Source: Candidatus Atelocyanobacterium thalassae
GTDB lineage: Bacteria > Cyanobacteriota > Cyanobacteriia > Cyanobacteriales > Microcystaceae
NCBI GenBank assembly: GCA_051971635.1
Contig: JBFPLN010000003.1
Span: 480,001 to 544,000, forward strand
DNA: 64,000 bases
Direction of reading: 5' to 3'
Under the pieces are notes generated by a model. The model was not told where the DNA came from. It did not search any database and was given only the letters and a program-made list of their open reading frames with translations. The position numbers and the translations under genes were made by a program. Positions 20,927 through 31,543 of the stretch are shown piece by piece; within the stretch, counting starts at the first letter, position 1; every line of letters begins with the position of its first letter.

Positions 20927-22864
20927 ATGGAACTATCCTTTGAACTCACTTTGCAAATTGTGATAGCTGTTTTAGCAGGCATTAGTGCTCAAGTTATTGC
21001 TGAATTTTTCAGAGTTCCGAGCATTGTCTTTTTACTCTTGTTTGGCATGCTCTTGGGTGCAGATGGCTTTAATTTTCTTCATCCTCATGGATTAGGTGTT
21101 GGATTAGAAGTTCTAGTTGCTTTATCAGTAGCAATTATCCTTTTTGAAGGAGGATTGAATCTAGAACTACGTGATCTAGGAAGAGTCTCAAGTAGTCTCC
21201 GAAATTTAGTTACTTTTGGTACTTTAATTACTTTAGTTGGTGGCGGTATGGCCGCTCACTGGTTTGCGGAGTTTCCTTGGTCTATTGCATTTCTTTATGC
21301 TTCTTTAGTTGTGGTTACTGGTCCAACCGTAATAAGTCCTTTACTTAAGCAAGTAGAGGTAGAACGTAAAGTAGCTACATTGTTAGAAAGCGAAGGAGTT
21401 CTGATCGATCCTGTAGGAGCAATTTTAGCAGTAGTAGTTTTTGATACTATCCTTAACAGCAATGCTAGCCCTTTAGAAATTGTTAGTGGTATCTTATTAA
21501 GATTGGGTATTGGTGCAGTCATTGGTGGTGTTAGTGGAGCTGCTCTAGGCTTTATTCTTAAGAATACTAGCTTTTTATCAGAAGACCTTCGAAATTTAGT
21601 TGTCCTTGCAGGAGTATGGGGATTATTTGGGTTAGCTCAACTTAGCCGAAGCGAATCAGGCCTTATGGCTACAGTGGTGGCAGGAATCGTTCTTAGAGCT
21701 TCTTCCATTCCTGATGAGAGACTTTTGAGAAGGTTTAAAGGTCAATTAACAGTTTTGTGTGTTTCCGTATTATTTATTCTTTTAGCTGCAGATTTATCTA
21801 TTGACAGTATTTTCGCCTTGGGCTGGGGAAGTGTCTTTACGGTTTTTACTTTAATGTGGGTAGTAAGGCCTATTAGTGTAATTCTTTGCACCATTAATAG
21901 TGATTTAAGCTGGAGACAAAAAATTTTCCTAGCATGGATAGCCCCAAGGGGAATTGTCTCAGCTTCAATTGCATCCTTATTCGCTATTTTATTAACTCAG
22001 CAAGGTATTAATGGTGGAGATTCAATTAAAGCTTTAGTGTTTTTAACTATTATGATGACAGTCTTTATTCAAGGTTTATCTGCTCGCTGGGTAGCAAAAG
22101 GATTAAAAATTACCGCTGTCGAAGCCAAAGGAGCTGTTATTGTTGGTTGTAATTCGTTAGGAAGATTAATGGGAAAGCTTTTTACACAGAGAGGAGAATC
22201 AGTTGTTTTAATTGACACTGATCCAGAAGCATGTGATCAAGCTCAATCTGAAGGTCTATCAGTATTTCAAAGTAGTGCATTAGATCCTAATGTCTTAGAG
22301 GAAGCTGGAATTGGGTCAATGGGAACTTTTATGGCTTTAACAAGTAACGGTCAAGTGAATTTGGTATTAGCTCAACGTGCCGTTGAGGAATTTAAGCCTC
22401 CTAGAGTGTTTGCCATTTTCCCTAGTAACTCTAATAGAGATCAAACTTCAAATAAAACAAAGATAATCCGGGCATTTATAGATCAACAATTAATTAAGAT
22501 TTGGAATCAATATATTGTAGAAGGACAATTTAAGTTAGGAATTACTCATTTTCAGGAATCAGGATTGCTTCCGAAACAAGCCCATTTTCTTACTTTGATT
22601 AAGGAAGGAGAGATTTTGCCTCTTTTGATTAAAAGAAAAGGAAATTTACAAATAGTTCAGGCTTCTCAAGACTGGCAAATTGGAGATGAAATCATTTATC
22701 TTTTACATGATCCCCGTCCAAAACTATTGAAACATCTTTCAGGAAAAGTTAAAGTTTCTAAAGAATTAACAATGGAATTCTTGCCAGAAGTTGAAGAAGT
22801 TCCTTCTTCTGAATTGGTAAATCCACTACTATCAAATCCACCAACAGAAATAATTGAAAACTAA
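20927..22864 (+). CDS. CPA1 cation/H+ antiporter with TrkA-N domain
   Basis: ILFEGGLNL, VTGPTVI, ESEGVLIDPVG, PRGIVSA; C-terminal NAD-binding-like domain; start set at MELSFEL. Confidence 0.92.
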   Translation: MELSFELTLQIVIAVLAGISAQVIAEFFRVPSIVFLLLFGMLLGADGFNFLHPHGLGVGLEVLVALSVAIILFEGGLNLELRDLGRVSSSLRNLVTFGTLITLVGGGMAAHWFAEFPWSIAFLYASLVVVTGPTVISPLLKQVEVERKVATLLESEGVLIDPVGAILAVVVFDTILNSNASPLEIVSGILLRLGIGAVIGGVSGAALGFILKNTSFLSEDLRNLVVLAGVWGLFGLAQLSRSESGLMATVVAGIVLRASSIPDERLLRRFKGQLTVLCVSVLFILLAADLSIDSIFALGWGSVFTVFTLMWVVRPISVILCTINSDLSWRQKIFLAWIAPRGIVSASIASLFAILLTQQGINGGDSIKALVFLTIMMTVFIQGLSARWVAKGLKITAVEAKGAVIVGCNSLGRLMGKLFTQRGESVVLIDTDPEACDQAQSEGLSVFQSSALDPNVLEEAGIGSMGTFMALTSNGQVNLVLAQRAVEEFKPPRVFAIFPSNSNRDQTSNKTKIIRAFIDQQLIKIWNQYIVEGQFKLGITHFQESGLLPKQAHFLTLIKEGEILPLLIKRKGNLQIVQASQDWQIGDEIIYLLHDPRPKLLKHLSGKVKVSKELTMEFLPEVEEVPSSELVNPLLSNPPTEIIEN

Positions 22865-22960
22865 TCAATATTAATGATAATGTTGAGCTATTTATATTAA
22901 TTTGAATAAGATATTGTAAAATTATTACTAAATAAAATATATAAGGTTAACAATACAATT

Positions 22961-23083
22961 ATGGATGCTAAATTAATTCTAGTTATTCTTACTGCTATCT
23001 TTACTGTATCATGCCTATTCTTTGGAACTAGAAACGGTTTTTATGATTCTGATGATTATAAAGGTAATGGAACAGCCCATTAA
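22961..23083 (+). CDS. ndhP: NDH-1L small subunit P
   Basis: MDAKLILVILTAIFTVSCLFFGTRNGFYDSDDYKGNGTAH (40 aa); the CLFFGTRNGFYD...GNG.AH signature; below ORF-track cutoff. Confidence 0.93.
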   Translation: MDAKLILVILTAIFTVSCLFFGTRNGFYDSDDYKGNGTAH

Positions 23084-23109
23084 TAAATTATTTTTAATAT
23101 TTTAGATTA

Positions 23110-23163
23110 TCTACAATAAAGAATGGTTGGTATGTTTATGTACCAACCATTCTTTATTGTAGA
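23110..23163. terminator. perfect 23-bp inverted repeat between convergent ndhP and ABC permease
   Basis: TCTACAATAAAGAATGGTTGGTA-8 nt-TACCAACCATTCTTTATTGTAGA. Confidence 0.8.
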
Positions 23164-23330
23164 AATAAAACAATCATATATCTTAAATTTACTTATTTAA
23201 ACAGAGCAAATAATAAATATATTAACCAAACAACTTATAAGATATTACATTTCTATAGATTGTTAATACTAATTGTGTTTATCAAATATTTTTAATCTAT
23301 GTACTTTTAAAAAAGTATCTTGAGTAAGAG

Positions 23331-24308
23331 TTACTGTGTTTTTTCTAACTTAATTCGAGGATCAACCAAAACAAGTAATAAATCCGCCAATATATTGCCT
23401 ATAATTAACATTACTGCACTCATAGTTAAACTACCCATAACTAAGTATAAATCCTGTGCAGTAACTGCTTGTAAAATCAAACGTCCTAATCCTGGCCAGT
23501 TAAAGAAAAACTCGGCTATAAATGCTCCTCCTAATAAATTAGCGAATTCGAATCCCAGTAAAGTGACTAAGGGGTTAATTGCATTACGTAATGCATGTTT
23601 ATATATTACTTTTCTTTCAGAAAGTCCTTTTGCCCTAGCAGTTATTACATAATTCTTCTTCATAACATCTAACATTTGTCCTCTCATCAATCTCATTAGT
23701 CCAGCAAAGCCAACAATACTTAAAGTAATTGTTGGTAATATCATATGCCACCCAATATCCAATACTTTGCCGATAAGCGATAGATCGTCATGTTCTAGAC
23801 TAGTCATATTTCCAACAGGTAAAATAGGAGATGTGTATTGAGCAATAATTAAAATAATTAAGGCTGCAATAAATCTAGGTAACCCTTGTCCAAAGTAACT
23901 AATTATTCTTAATAATTTATCTATCCAAGTATTTTGTTTGACTGCACTTAAAATCCCTAGCGGTATAGCAATTATCCAAGTTAAAGCTATAGAAAAAATA
24001 GAGAGCAGTAATGTTGCTGGTATTCTTTCTGCTAATAAAGATGATACAGAACGATTATAAACAAAACTTTCTCCAAAATTTAGATGAGTTATTACTTGTA
24101 CTAACCATTTCCAATACTGAATATAAAATGGCTGATCGAGACCAAAACGAACATTTAATTCTTGAATTACTTCTCGTGAAATCTTGGGATTCTGCCTTAG
24201 AGTATCCAAATAATCTCCGGGAGCAATTTGAATAATAATAAAGCTTAATATTGAAGTTAGTAATATGGTTAAGAGACCTTGAAGAAGCCTCTTTGAAACA
24301 TAAAGCAT
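23331..24308 (-). CDS. peptide/nickel ABC transporter permease (OppB/DppB family)
   Basis: APGD, GLDQP..IQY..W, TARAKGL.E..V..KHALRNA, WPGLG, DPRI. Confidence 0.93.
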   Translation of the reverse strand: MLYVSKRLLQGLLTILLTSILSFIIIQIAPGDYLDTLRQNPKISREVIQELNVRFGLDQPFYIQYWKWLVQVITHLNFGESFVYNRSVSSLLAERIPATLLLSIFSIALTWIIAIPLGILSAVKQNTWIDKLLRIISYFGQGLPRFIAALIILIIAQYTSPILPVGNMTSLEHDDLSLIGKVLDIGWHMILPTITLSIVGFAGLMRLMRGQMLDVMKKNYVITARAKGLSERKVIYKHALRNAINPLVTLLGFEFANLLGGAFIAEFFFNWPGLGRLILQAVTAQDLYLVMGSLTMSAVMLIIGNILADLLLVLVDPRIKLEKTQ

Positions 24309-24361
24309 TATTTTAATGATGAATTAAATGACTGTATGAATACTAATAAAATAGATAGATA

Positions 24362-24880
24362 TTAATATTTAACTAAGCTAATAATAGGAACATCAGGTAA
24401 TTGTTTACGACCTTCTAAAGATTCTAATTCAATAATAAAAGCAAAGCCTAAGATATTACAACCAATCTTTTTTAGTAGCTCAACTGTTGCTTTTGCGGTA
24501 CCACCTGTGGCCAACAAGTCATCTACAACAACAACACTATGAAAATTTTGTAAAGCATCTTGGTGAATCTCTAAACTATCTACACCGTACTCCAGATCGT
24601 ATTGAACTCTGTAGACTGGGCCAGGAAGTTTCCCAGGCTTTCTAACAGGTATAAATCCTGAATTTAATTGATAAGCCAGTGGAGCACCAAAAATAAACCC
24701 TCGTGATTCCATTCCGATTATGTGATCAGGTAATAAATTAGCTTCTTTACACTTGTGCGTTAACAAGTTGATTGTATATTGCAATCCTTTTGGATTATTT
24801 AATAAAGTTGTAATATCACGAAATACTATACCGGGCTTAGGAAAATCAGGAATATCACGAATTAGCTCTTTAAGGTCCAT
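24362..24880 (-). CDS. apt: adenine phosphoribosyltransferase
   Basis: [33 protein letters not shown]. Confidence 0.98.
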   Translation of the reverse strand: MDLKELIRDIPDFPKPGIVFRDITTLLNNPKGLQYTINLLTHKCKEANLLPDHIIGMESRGFIFGAPLAYQLNSGFIPVRKPGKLPGPVYRVQYDLEYGVDSLEIHQDALQNFHSVVVVDDLLATGGTAKATVELLKKIGCNILGFAFIIELESLEGRKQLPDVPIISLVKY

Positions 24881-24964
24881 TAATTATCTCTTAATAATTA
24901 CTTTGGTTAATAATTATATATTAATCTTCACCTACTACTTATAATTATAGCTACTTATTTGTGA

Positions 24965-25372
24965 TTACTAGATTTTCATCTTGTTTACAAACAATATTTA
25001 TAAGCACAATCTAAAACTTGATAAATAGAAAATAGCTAAATTAGCTACTTGAGAAACTCTATATCTGGAGTGGTTAATAATATATTAAAGATTAAATATT
25101 TTTATATTTTCAACTAATTGTCTTTGTTGGCTTACTGATTTAATAGATCCAGATTTCTAGGATATTTAAGTTCACACTGGAATGCTCTAAGTATTCTTAA
25201 AAGTTGAATAGTTATCAAAAATTGTTTAACAGTTAGAAGCAGAATTTAATTAATTAAATTTAAAAATAAAAAAAGCCTTTTTTGTACTTATTTTTGAATT
25301 TTTAGCTTTTTTTATCCAGTTTAAAGGTGCTTTGAGTCTAATTGCTTCTTTAAGCTAAATATATCTCTACAT
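24965..25372 (-). pseudogene. probable heavily decayed PerR/Fur-family regulator gene
   Basis: Residual LLTVKQFL (cf. HPTAEQIL), NHSRYRVS (cf. HHFRCxxC) and VCKQD at plausible spacing; divergent from a type II peroxiredoxin. Confidence 0.4.
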
Positions 25373-25521
25373 TTCAATACTTAAGCTGTTGTTATTTTAA
25401 GCTTACCTAATTTTTTTTACTAAATCAAACTATTTTGACTATTGACTTTTTCTTCGATTAAGAATTACTTTAAGTTGTAGCAGCTAAGGCTGCTGCAAAT
25501 TTGATTGTCAAGAGGTGAAAT

Positions 25522-26094
25522 ATGGGCGTTATTGAAACTGTACCCAGTGTTGTATTTAAAACCCGTGTTCGTGATGAGTCTGTACCTGGACCTAACCCTT
25601 ATCGTTGGCAAGATCTAACTACTGAAGAGATTTTTAAAGGTAAGAAGGTTATTGTTTTTTCACTACCTGGTGCATTTACTCCAACTTGTTCCTCTAACCA
25701 TCTCCCTCGCTACGAAGAATTATACGATGAGTTTAAAGCATTAGGAATAGACGCTATCGTTTGTTTATCAGTTAATGATGCTTTCGTTATGTTCCAATGG
25801 GGTAAGCAGCAAGAAGCTAAAAACGTTTTTTTACTGCCTGATGGTAATGGTGAATTTACTCGTAAAATGGGTATGTTAGTTGATAAATCTAATCTTGGTT
25901 TTGGGATGCGCTCCTGGCGCTATTCTATGTTAGTCAATAACTGTGAAATCGAGAAGATTTTTGTCGAGTCTGACTTTAGTGACAATTGTCCTAGTGATCC
26001 TTTTGAGGTATCTGATGCTGATACTATGTTAGCTCATCTCAAAGGTGGTAAATCTTCAGGTGTTTCTAAACCGGTAAAAGCCTTTATAGGCTAG
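25522..26094 (+). CDS. type II peroxiredoxin (Prx5-like)
   Basis: [38 protein letters not shown]. Confidence 0.95.
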   Translation: MGVIETVPSVVFKTRVRDESVPGPNPYRWQDLTTEEIFKGKKVIVFSLPGAFTPTCSSNHLPRYEELYDEFKALGIDAIVCLSVNDAFVMFQWGKQQEAKNVFLLPDGNGEFTRKMGMLVDKSNLGFGMRSWRYSMLVNNCEIEKIFVESDFSDNCPSDPFEVSDADTMLAHLKGGKSSGVSKPVKAFIG

Positions 26095-26103
26095 TTTTAA
26101 ATA

Positions 26104-26156
26104 ATACTATCTATTAAGGAATCAATTTTTTTTATTGATTCCTTAATAGATAGTAT
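26104..26156. terminator. perfect 23-bp inverted repeat after peroxiredoxin
   Basis: ATACTATCTATTAAGGAATCAAT-T7-ATTGATTCCTTAATAGATAGTAT. Confidence 0.8.
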
Positions 26157-26173
26157 CTATAGCTCTAAAAATA

Positions 26174-26182
26174 TGTTATGAT
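26174..26182 (+). promoter_or_regulatory. extended -10 promoter of tRNA-His
   Basis: TGtTATGAT 12 nt upstream of the tRNA. Confidence 0.5.
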
Positions 26183-26194
26183 AATTAAGCGCAT

Positions 26195-26268
26195 GGCGAG
26201 CGTAGCCAAGTGGTTAAGGCAGCGGGTTGTGGTCCCGCCACTCGTGGGTTCAAGTCCCATCGTTCGCC
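26195..26268 (+). tRNA. trnH: tRNA-His (GTG), with encoded G-1
   Basis: GGCGAGCGTAGCCAAGTGGTTAAGGCAGCGGGTTGTGGTCCCGCCACTCGTGGGTTCAAGTCCCATCGTTCGCC cloverleaf; G-1:C73 pair. Confidence 0.97.
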
Positions 26269-26468
26269 CTTATAATTTTCAATTTCCAAGCTTGTGTATC
26301 CACATAGACAAGTTTATTTAATATCTTGTATCATATAGCTCTATAAAAATTTAGACTAAAGCCTGCAACAATTAAGTGCACAAAAGAATTTTTTTGTTCT
26401 AAGAATAGTTTAAATCTTAGATAAGAAATGAGCTTTTTTTAATAAATAACCTGTTGCCGTATTGAATA

Positions 26469-27180
26469 ATGTGGAAATATCCTACTAACAAGCTTGTTAT
26501 TAACCCTAAAGAAATTCACTTATGGAAGATTGATTTATCAATATCTTATCTGTATGTCGAATTTTATTTAACTATGCTTAACCAAGAAGAAAAAAAAAAT
26601 TTCTCAAATCCAATTCATAAAAGATAAAAGACGTTTTATCATATCCAGAGGATCATTAAAACTTATTCTGAGTAAATATTTATTTATCGATCCTAAACAA
26701 ATAAAGTTTAAACAGACTACTCGTGGTAAGCCTGAACTTATTGACTCAATTAATACTATACAAATAGAATTTAATATTTCTCATTCTGAAGAATTAATAA
26801 TTTACGGAATCACGTGTCGAGATCCTATAGGGGTTGATATTGAATACATTCGTCCTCTGTTAAGAATAGACAAAATTGCGCAACGTTTTTTTAGTTTTCA
26901 GGAATTTAGCAAACTTAAACTTTTCAATTCTTCTGATAAAAATATTGAGTTTTTAAAACTTTGGACAGGGAAAGAAGCATATTTAAAAGCAACAGGTGAA
27001 GGAATAAGTCAAGGATTAGATAAAGTGAAAATAATAACTGACTATCCTATGAAAATCATTGATGTTCCTTTATTGAATGATCTTCCATGGAAAATATTTT
27101 CCTTTATCACTCAGTCAAACTATCTAGTAACTATAGTTACATTAGAAAAAAAACAAAAAATTTACTATTGGAAAATTTAA
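26469..27180 (+). CDS. 4'-phosphopantetheinyl transferase (Sfp/HetI-like), frameshifted in an A10 run at 26590-26599
   Basis: Frame 3 MWKYPTNKLVINPKEIHLWKIDL..LNQEEKK, then frame 1 ..RRFIISRG..GKP..FNISHS..IGVDIE..WTGKEAYLKATGEGI..YYWKI*; absent from ORF track. Confidence 0.9.
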
Positions 27181-27212
27181 GAAGGTTAAACAAAATAAGA
27201 AGTTTCTCTTAT

Positions 27213-27767
27213 TTATGGAAAACTATTACCATGTTGGTAAAAATGTAATGTTCCTGCTCCAATATATAGTCCCTGGGGATGTTTACCTTCCGGGTAAACT
27301 GTTATACCAAATTGGTAATTTCCCCCCACTTTAGGATTATTTTTAGGTTTTAGTCTAATAAAAAAGGTTTTGCCAGGCAGAATTGGAGATTTAAAGATTA
27401 TGGAAACTTTATCATTATCCAAATTTTTCTGAACTTTACTGATAGATAATATATCTTCAGGGTTTATTGGTTTTCCAGTAAAAGCAATAGTCTGATCCAG
27501 ATCAAAAGATATTTTCTCATTTCCTTTGATTTGTTGTAGTACTATTTTTTTTAGAGGTACTCCAGCATCTAAAGGTATTGCCATATTAAAATAATATTGT
27601 GCATTATCTACCTTAATTTGACTTAGACTTGTTCTTACATCAATTAATCTAGGAGATTTATTAAATAGAATAATATTATTACCAATATCCATTGAGATTA
27701 GAGAAGAAGCGATTAGAAATACGCTACCTGTAGTTTGAAATATATTATTTAAAATAAAAGTATTCAC
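27213..27767 (-). CDS. DUF2808-family cyanobacterial protein
   Basis: FKSPILPGKT..LKPKNNP.VGG.YQFGITVYPEG..P.GLYIG pattern. Confidence 0.8.
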   Translation of the reverse strand: MNTFILNNIFQTTGSVFLIASSLISMDIGNNIILFNKSPRLIDVRTSLSQIKVDNAQYYFNMAIPLDAGVPLKKIVLQQIKGNEKISFDLDQTIAFTGKPINPEDILSISKVQKNLDNDKVSIIFKSPILPGKTFFIRLKPKNNPKVGGNYQFGITVYPEGKHPQGLYIGAGTLHFYQHGNSFP

Positions 27768-27783
27768 AATTAATAAGTATTGC

Positions 27784-27821
27784 TAAAATAAAAACCTAGG
27801 TTAACCTAGGTTTTTATTTTA
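27784..27821. terminator. 38-bp perfect palindrome immediately after pnp
   Basis: TAAAATAAAAACCTAGGTT|AACCTAGGTTTTTATTTTA, no spacer, T-tracts on both strands. Confidence 0.8.
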
Positions 27822-27825
27822 ATAG

Positions 27826-29973
27826 TTAAACTATTTTTCTGACAGCAGAAGCTTCATCTGGATGAATACCTAGACGAGTCAGATTTAAGCGTCCTTTATT
27901 ATCAATTTCACGCACTTTAACTACTACCTCATCTCCTACAGCAACTTCATCTTCTACTTTTCCTACTCTTCTTTCGGCTAATTGAGAAATATGAATCATA
28001 CCTTCTTTTCCTGGTAAAACTTCGACAAAAGCTCCAATAGGGATAATGCGAGTAACACGACCCAGATAAACTTCTCCTTCGTTTAGTTTACGCGTCATGT
28101 TGAAGATAATATCTTTTGCTTTTTCCGCCTTTTTAGCTTGAATAGCAGCAATAGTTACCATTCCATCATCAGAAATGTCGATTTTTGAACCGGTTTGCTC
28201 TGTAATTCCTTTGATAGTTTTACCACCTGGACCAATGATTAACCCTATCATTTCAGGATCAATTTTCATGGTTAATAGTCGAGGAGCGAACGTTGATAAT
28301 TCTGGACGTGGCTTATCAATAGTTGCCAACATTTTTTCAAGAATATGTAAACGAGCAGGTAGAGCCTGTCCAATAGCTTTTGCTATCACATTCATCGATA
28401 ATCCAGTAATTTTCATATCCATTTGTAAAGCTGTAATGCCACTATCAGTTCCAGCAACTTTAAAATCCATATCTCCTAGAAAATCTTCAATTCCTTGAAT
28501 ATCTGTAAGAATACGTACTTCTTCACCTTCTTTAATAAGTCCCATAGCTGCTCCACTAACTGGTTTAACAATAGGAACTCCAGCATCCATTAAAGCTAAA
28601 GTTGATCCGCAAACAGAACCCATAGAGGTAGAACCATTAGATGACAGAACTTCTGATACAACTCTGACTACATAGGGGAACTCTTCTTGCTGAGGCAATA
28701 CAGGAAGAAGAGCACGTTCTGCTAAGGCTCCATGACCAATTTCTCTTCTCCCTGGAGATCTTAATGGCTTAGTTTCTGCAACAGAAAAAGGAGGAAAATT
28801 ATAATGATGTAGGTAACGCTTTTCATCTTCAGGATGTAAATCATCTCCTAAATCTTGTGCATCTCCTGGAGTACCAAGAGTTGCTAAAGATAAAACTTGA
28901 GTTAATCCCCTGTTAAACAATCCACAACCATGCACTCTTGGGGGCAAAATGCCAACATTACAATAGATAGGGCGAACCTCATCAAGTTTTCTACCATCTA
29001 CGCGAATCTCATCGTTAACAATTTGAGATCGCATTAGCTTTTTGGTTAAGTCTTTATAAAGATTATTTATAGCTTTAGGATTTTCTTGGGAAGCAACTTT
29101 TATCGAATCTTCTTCCGGGAGATTGGCTATTATTTCATTAATAGTTGTTTCCTTGATTTCATCAAGAGCTGTATCTCTTTCTGCTTTACCAAAATTATAT
29201 TGAATTAGAATCTTTTTAATAGATTCAGAAGATTGATCACTAATGAATTTTTCTAGAATTTCATTTTTTACTGGTGGTTCAGCTTGCACCAATTTCATTC
29301 CCAGTTCTTCCATGATTTCTTGTTGTGCTCCAATTAGATCTCTAACTGCCTCATAACCAAAATCAATAGCTTCAATAACATCTTGTTCTGGAAGCTGATT
29401 GGCTCCAGCCTCAATCATGACAACACCATCAGGACTACCTGCGACAACTAAATCAAGGTCTCCATCTTCTACTTCACGATAAGTAGGGTTAATAATAAAA
29501 TCATCTCCTACTAAGCCGACTCTAACGGCTGCCATAGGTCCAAAGAAGGGAATTTGGGCTTGAATTACTGCCATAGAAGCCCCCGTTACTGCTAAAACAT
29601 CGGGAGGAACTTCTTCATCCATGGATAAAGTCGTAGCAATAATCTGAATATCATTTCGAAACCAATTAGGAAATAAAGGACGTAAAGGACGATCGATTAG
29701 TCTGCTAATAAGTATTGCCCTTTCTGGAGGACGTCCTTCTCTTCGTAAAAACCCTCCTGGAATTCTTCCTGCAGCATAAAGCCTTTCTTCATAATCTACA
29801 GTTAAAGGCAGAAAATCAATACCTTCTCTTCCTTTTGATGTTGTTGCTGTTACCAGAACTGCCGTATCTCCGGACTGAATTAGAATTGCTCCACCTGCTT
29901 GAGGAGCCAATAACCCTAGTTTTAGTCGAATATCTCTTCCGTCAAAAGATATTGATTTATCAAATTCTTGCAT
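27826..29973 (-). CDS. pnp: polyribonucleotide nucleotidyltransferase (PNPase)
   Basis: [40 protein letters not shown] and S1 domains. Confidence 0.98.
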   Translation of the reverse strand: MQEFDKSISFDGRDIRLKLGLLAPQAGGAILIQSGDTAVLVTATTSKGREGIDFLPLTVDYEERLYAAGRIPGGFLRREGRPPERAILISRLIDRPLRPLFPNWFRNDIQIIATTLSMDEEVPPDVLAVTGASMAVIQAQIPFFGPMAAVRVGLVGDDFIINPTYREVEDGDLDLVVAGSPDGVVMIEAGANQLPEQDVIEAIDFGYEAVRDLIGAQQEIMEELGMKLVQAEPPVKNEILEKFISDQSSESIKKILIQYNFGKAERDTALDEIKETTINEIIANLPEEDSIKVASQENPKAINNLYKDLTKKLMRSQIVNDEIRVDGRKLDEVRPIYCNVGILPPRVHGCGLFNRGLTQVLSLATLGTPGDAQDLGDDLHPEDEKRYLHHYNFPPFSVAETKPLRSPGRREIGHGALAERALLPVLPQQEEFPYVVRVVSEVLSSNGSTSMGSVCGSTLALMDAGVPIVKPVSGAAMGLIKEGEEVRILTDIQGIEDFLGDMDFKVAGTDSGITALQMDMKITGLSMNVIAKAIGQALPARLHILEKMLATIDKPRPELSTFAPRLLTMKIDPEMIGLIIGPGGKTIKGITEQTGSKIDISDDGMVTIAAIQAKKAEKAKDIIFNMTRKLNEGEVYLGRVTRIIPIGAFVEVLPGKEGMIHISQLAERRVGKVEDEVAVGDEVVVKVREIDNKGRLNLTRLGIHPDEASAVRKIV

Positions 29974-30178
29974 TCAACGTCTCTTCCCTTTTTTTATCAT
30001 GTTTCTCTTTCTGTCGCAATCCTAACATTTTTAAGGAACTTGACGCGATGGACTACCCCATGTAAATGTAGTTATTTAAATTTAATTATATTCTTTTTGT
30101 CTATATTTTTCGTCTTTCGATATATTCAGTAAAGAAAATTTCTGGCCTTAGATCGTTTCCTAGGAGTTTAAAATAGCT

Positions 30179-31477
30179 ATGAATCATAATACTTTAAAAA
30201 AAGAAACTAAAGTTGTTATTGTTGGGGGTGGATTTGGAGGATTATATGCAGCGAAAGGACTGAAAAATTCTTCTGTAGAAGTTACTCTAATCGATAAGCG
30301 TAATTTTCATCTTTTTCAGCCATTGCTTTATCAAGTTGCGACAGGTAGTCTCTCCCCAGCTGATATTGCATCACCTCTACGACTAATTTTACGTCAACAG
30401 AAAAATACACAAGTACTGCTAAACTCTGTTGTCGATATAAAACCTAATGACAAACAAATAATTCTTAATAGCCATCAATCTATTCCCTATGACATTCTTA
30501 TTCTGGCTACTGGAGTAGCTCATCACTATTTTGGTAATGATCAATGGGAAAAATTTGCTCCAGGACTTAGTACTGTTGAAGATGCTTTAGAAATTCGAAC
30601 CCGTATTTTTACGGCTTTTGAGGCAGCCGAAAAAGAAAACGATCCCATAAAAAGACAAGCTTGGCTAACATTTGTAATAGTAGGTGGTGGGCCTACAGGA
30701 GTAGAATTAGCTGGAGCAATAGCAGAAATTGCTCACAACTCTGTGAAAGGTGATTTTAGAAATTTTGACCCCAAGGATGCCAAGATTTTATTAGTTGAAG
30801 GTTTAGAAAGAGTACTTCCTCCATATCCTATAGAATTATCCTCCAAAGCCGAACAAGAACTACGTAACCTTGGGGTCACAATATATACCCAGTCGATGGT
30901 AACAGATATAGATGAAAATACTATTGTGGTGCGTAAAGAAGAAAAATATGAACACATTACCTCTCATACAATTCTATGGGCTGCAGGAGTTAAAGCGTCA
31001 TCAATTGGTAAGGTATTGGCTGAGAGAACTGGCGTAAAACTAGATAAAGCTGGTCGAGTGATGGTCGAACCAGATCTTAGTATTATGAATTTTCCAAATA
31101 TTTTTGTGATTGGGGACTTATCAAATTTTTCTCACCAAGAAAATAAATCCTTGCCAGGAGTCGCCCCTGTGGCCATGCAACAAGCTAAATACGTTGCTAA
31201 GTTAATACAAAAACAATTAAAAGGTGAATCACTATCATCTTTCGTTTATAAAGACTATGGTAGTATGGCAGTTATAGGGCAGAATAAAGCTGTAGCAAAC
31301 TTCAGATTCGTTAAACTTTCGGGATTTTTAGCTTGGTTTATTTGGATTTGGGCCCATATTTATTATCTTATTGAATTTGACAATAAACTAGTTGTCCTAG
31401 TTCAATGGATTTGGAATTATTTCACACAAGGCCGTGGAGCTCGTCTAATTGTAGGAAATAATAAGAAAGATAAATAA
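30179..31477 (+). CDS. type II NADH dehydrogenase (NDH-2)
   Basis: VVIVGGGFGGL, FQPLLYQVATG, VGGGPTGVELAG, IFVIGD. Confidence 0.93.
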   Translation: MNHNTLKKETKVVIVGGGFGGLYAAKGLKNSSVEVTLIDKRNFHLFQPLLYQVATGSLSPADIASPLRLILRQQKNTQVLLNSVVDIKPNDKQIILNSHQSIPYDILILATGVAHHYFGNDQWEKFAPGLSTVEDALEIRTRIFTAFEAAEKENDPIKRQAWLTFVIVGGGPTGVELAGAIAEIAHNSVKGDFRNFDPKDAKILLVEGLERVLPPYPIELSSKAEQELRNLGVTIYTQSMVTDIDENTIVVRKEEKYEHITSHTILWAAGVKASSIGKVLAERTGVKLDKAGRVMVEPDLSIMNFPNIFVIGDLSNFSHQENKSLPGVAPVAMQQAKYVAKLIQKQLKGESLSSFVYKDYGSMAVIGQNKAVANFRFVKLSGFLAWFIWIWAHIYYLIEFDNKLVVLVQWIWNYFTQGRGARLIVGNNKKDK

Positions 31478-31543
31478 TCAAAAAACTTACTAAAATATTT
31501 TATCGGAACATATTAAAAGACTATTAATGAATTTATTAATACT

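Noticed and set aside
2121..26268. tRNA-Phe or tRNA-His as integration sites of a genomic island
   Set aside because: No integrase, no duplicated tRNA 3' end and no compositional shift in flanking genes
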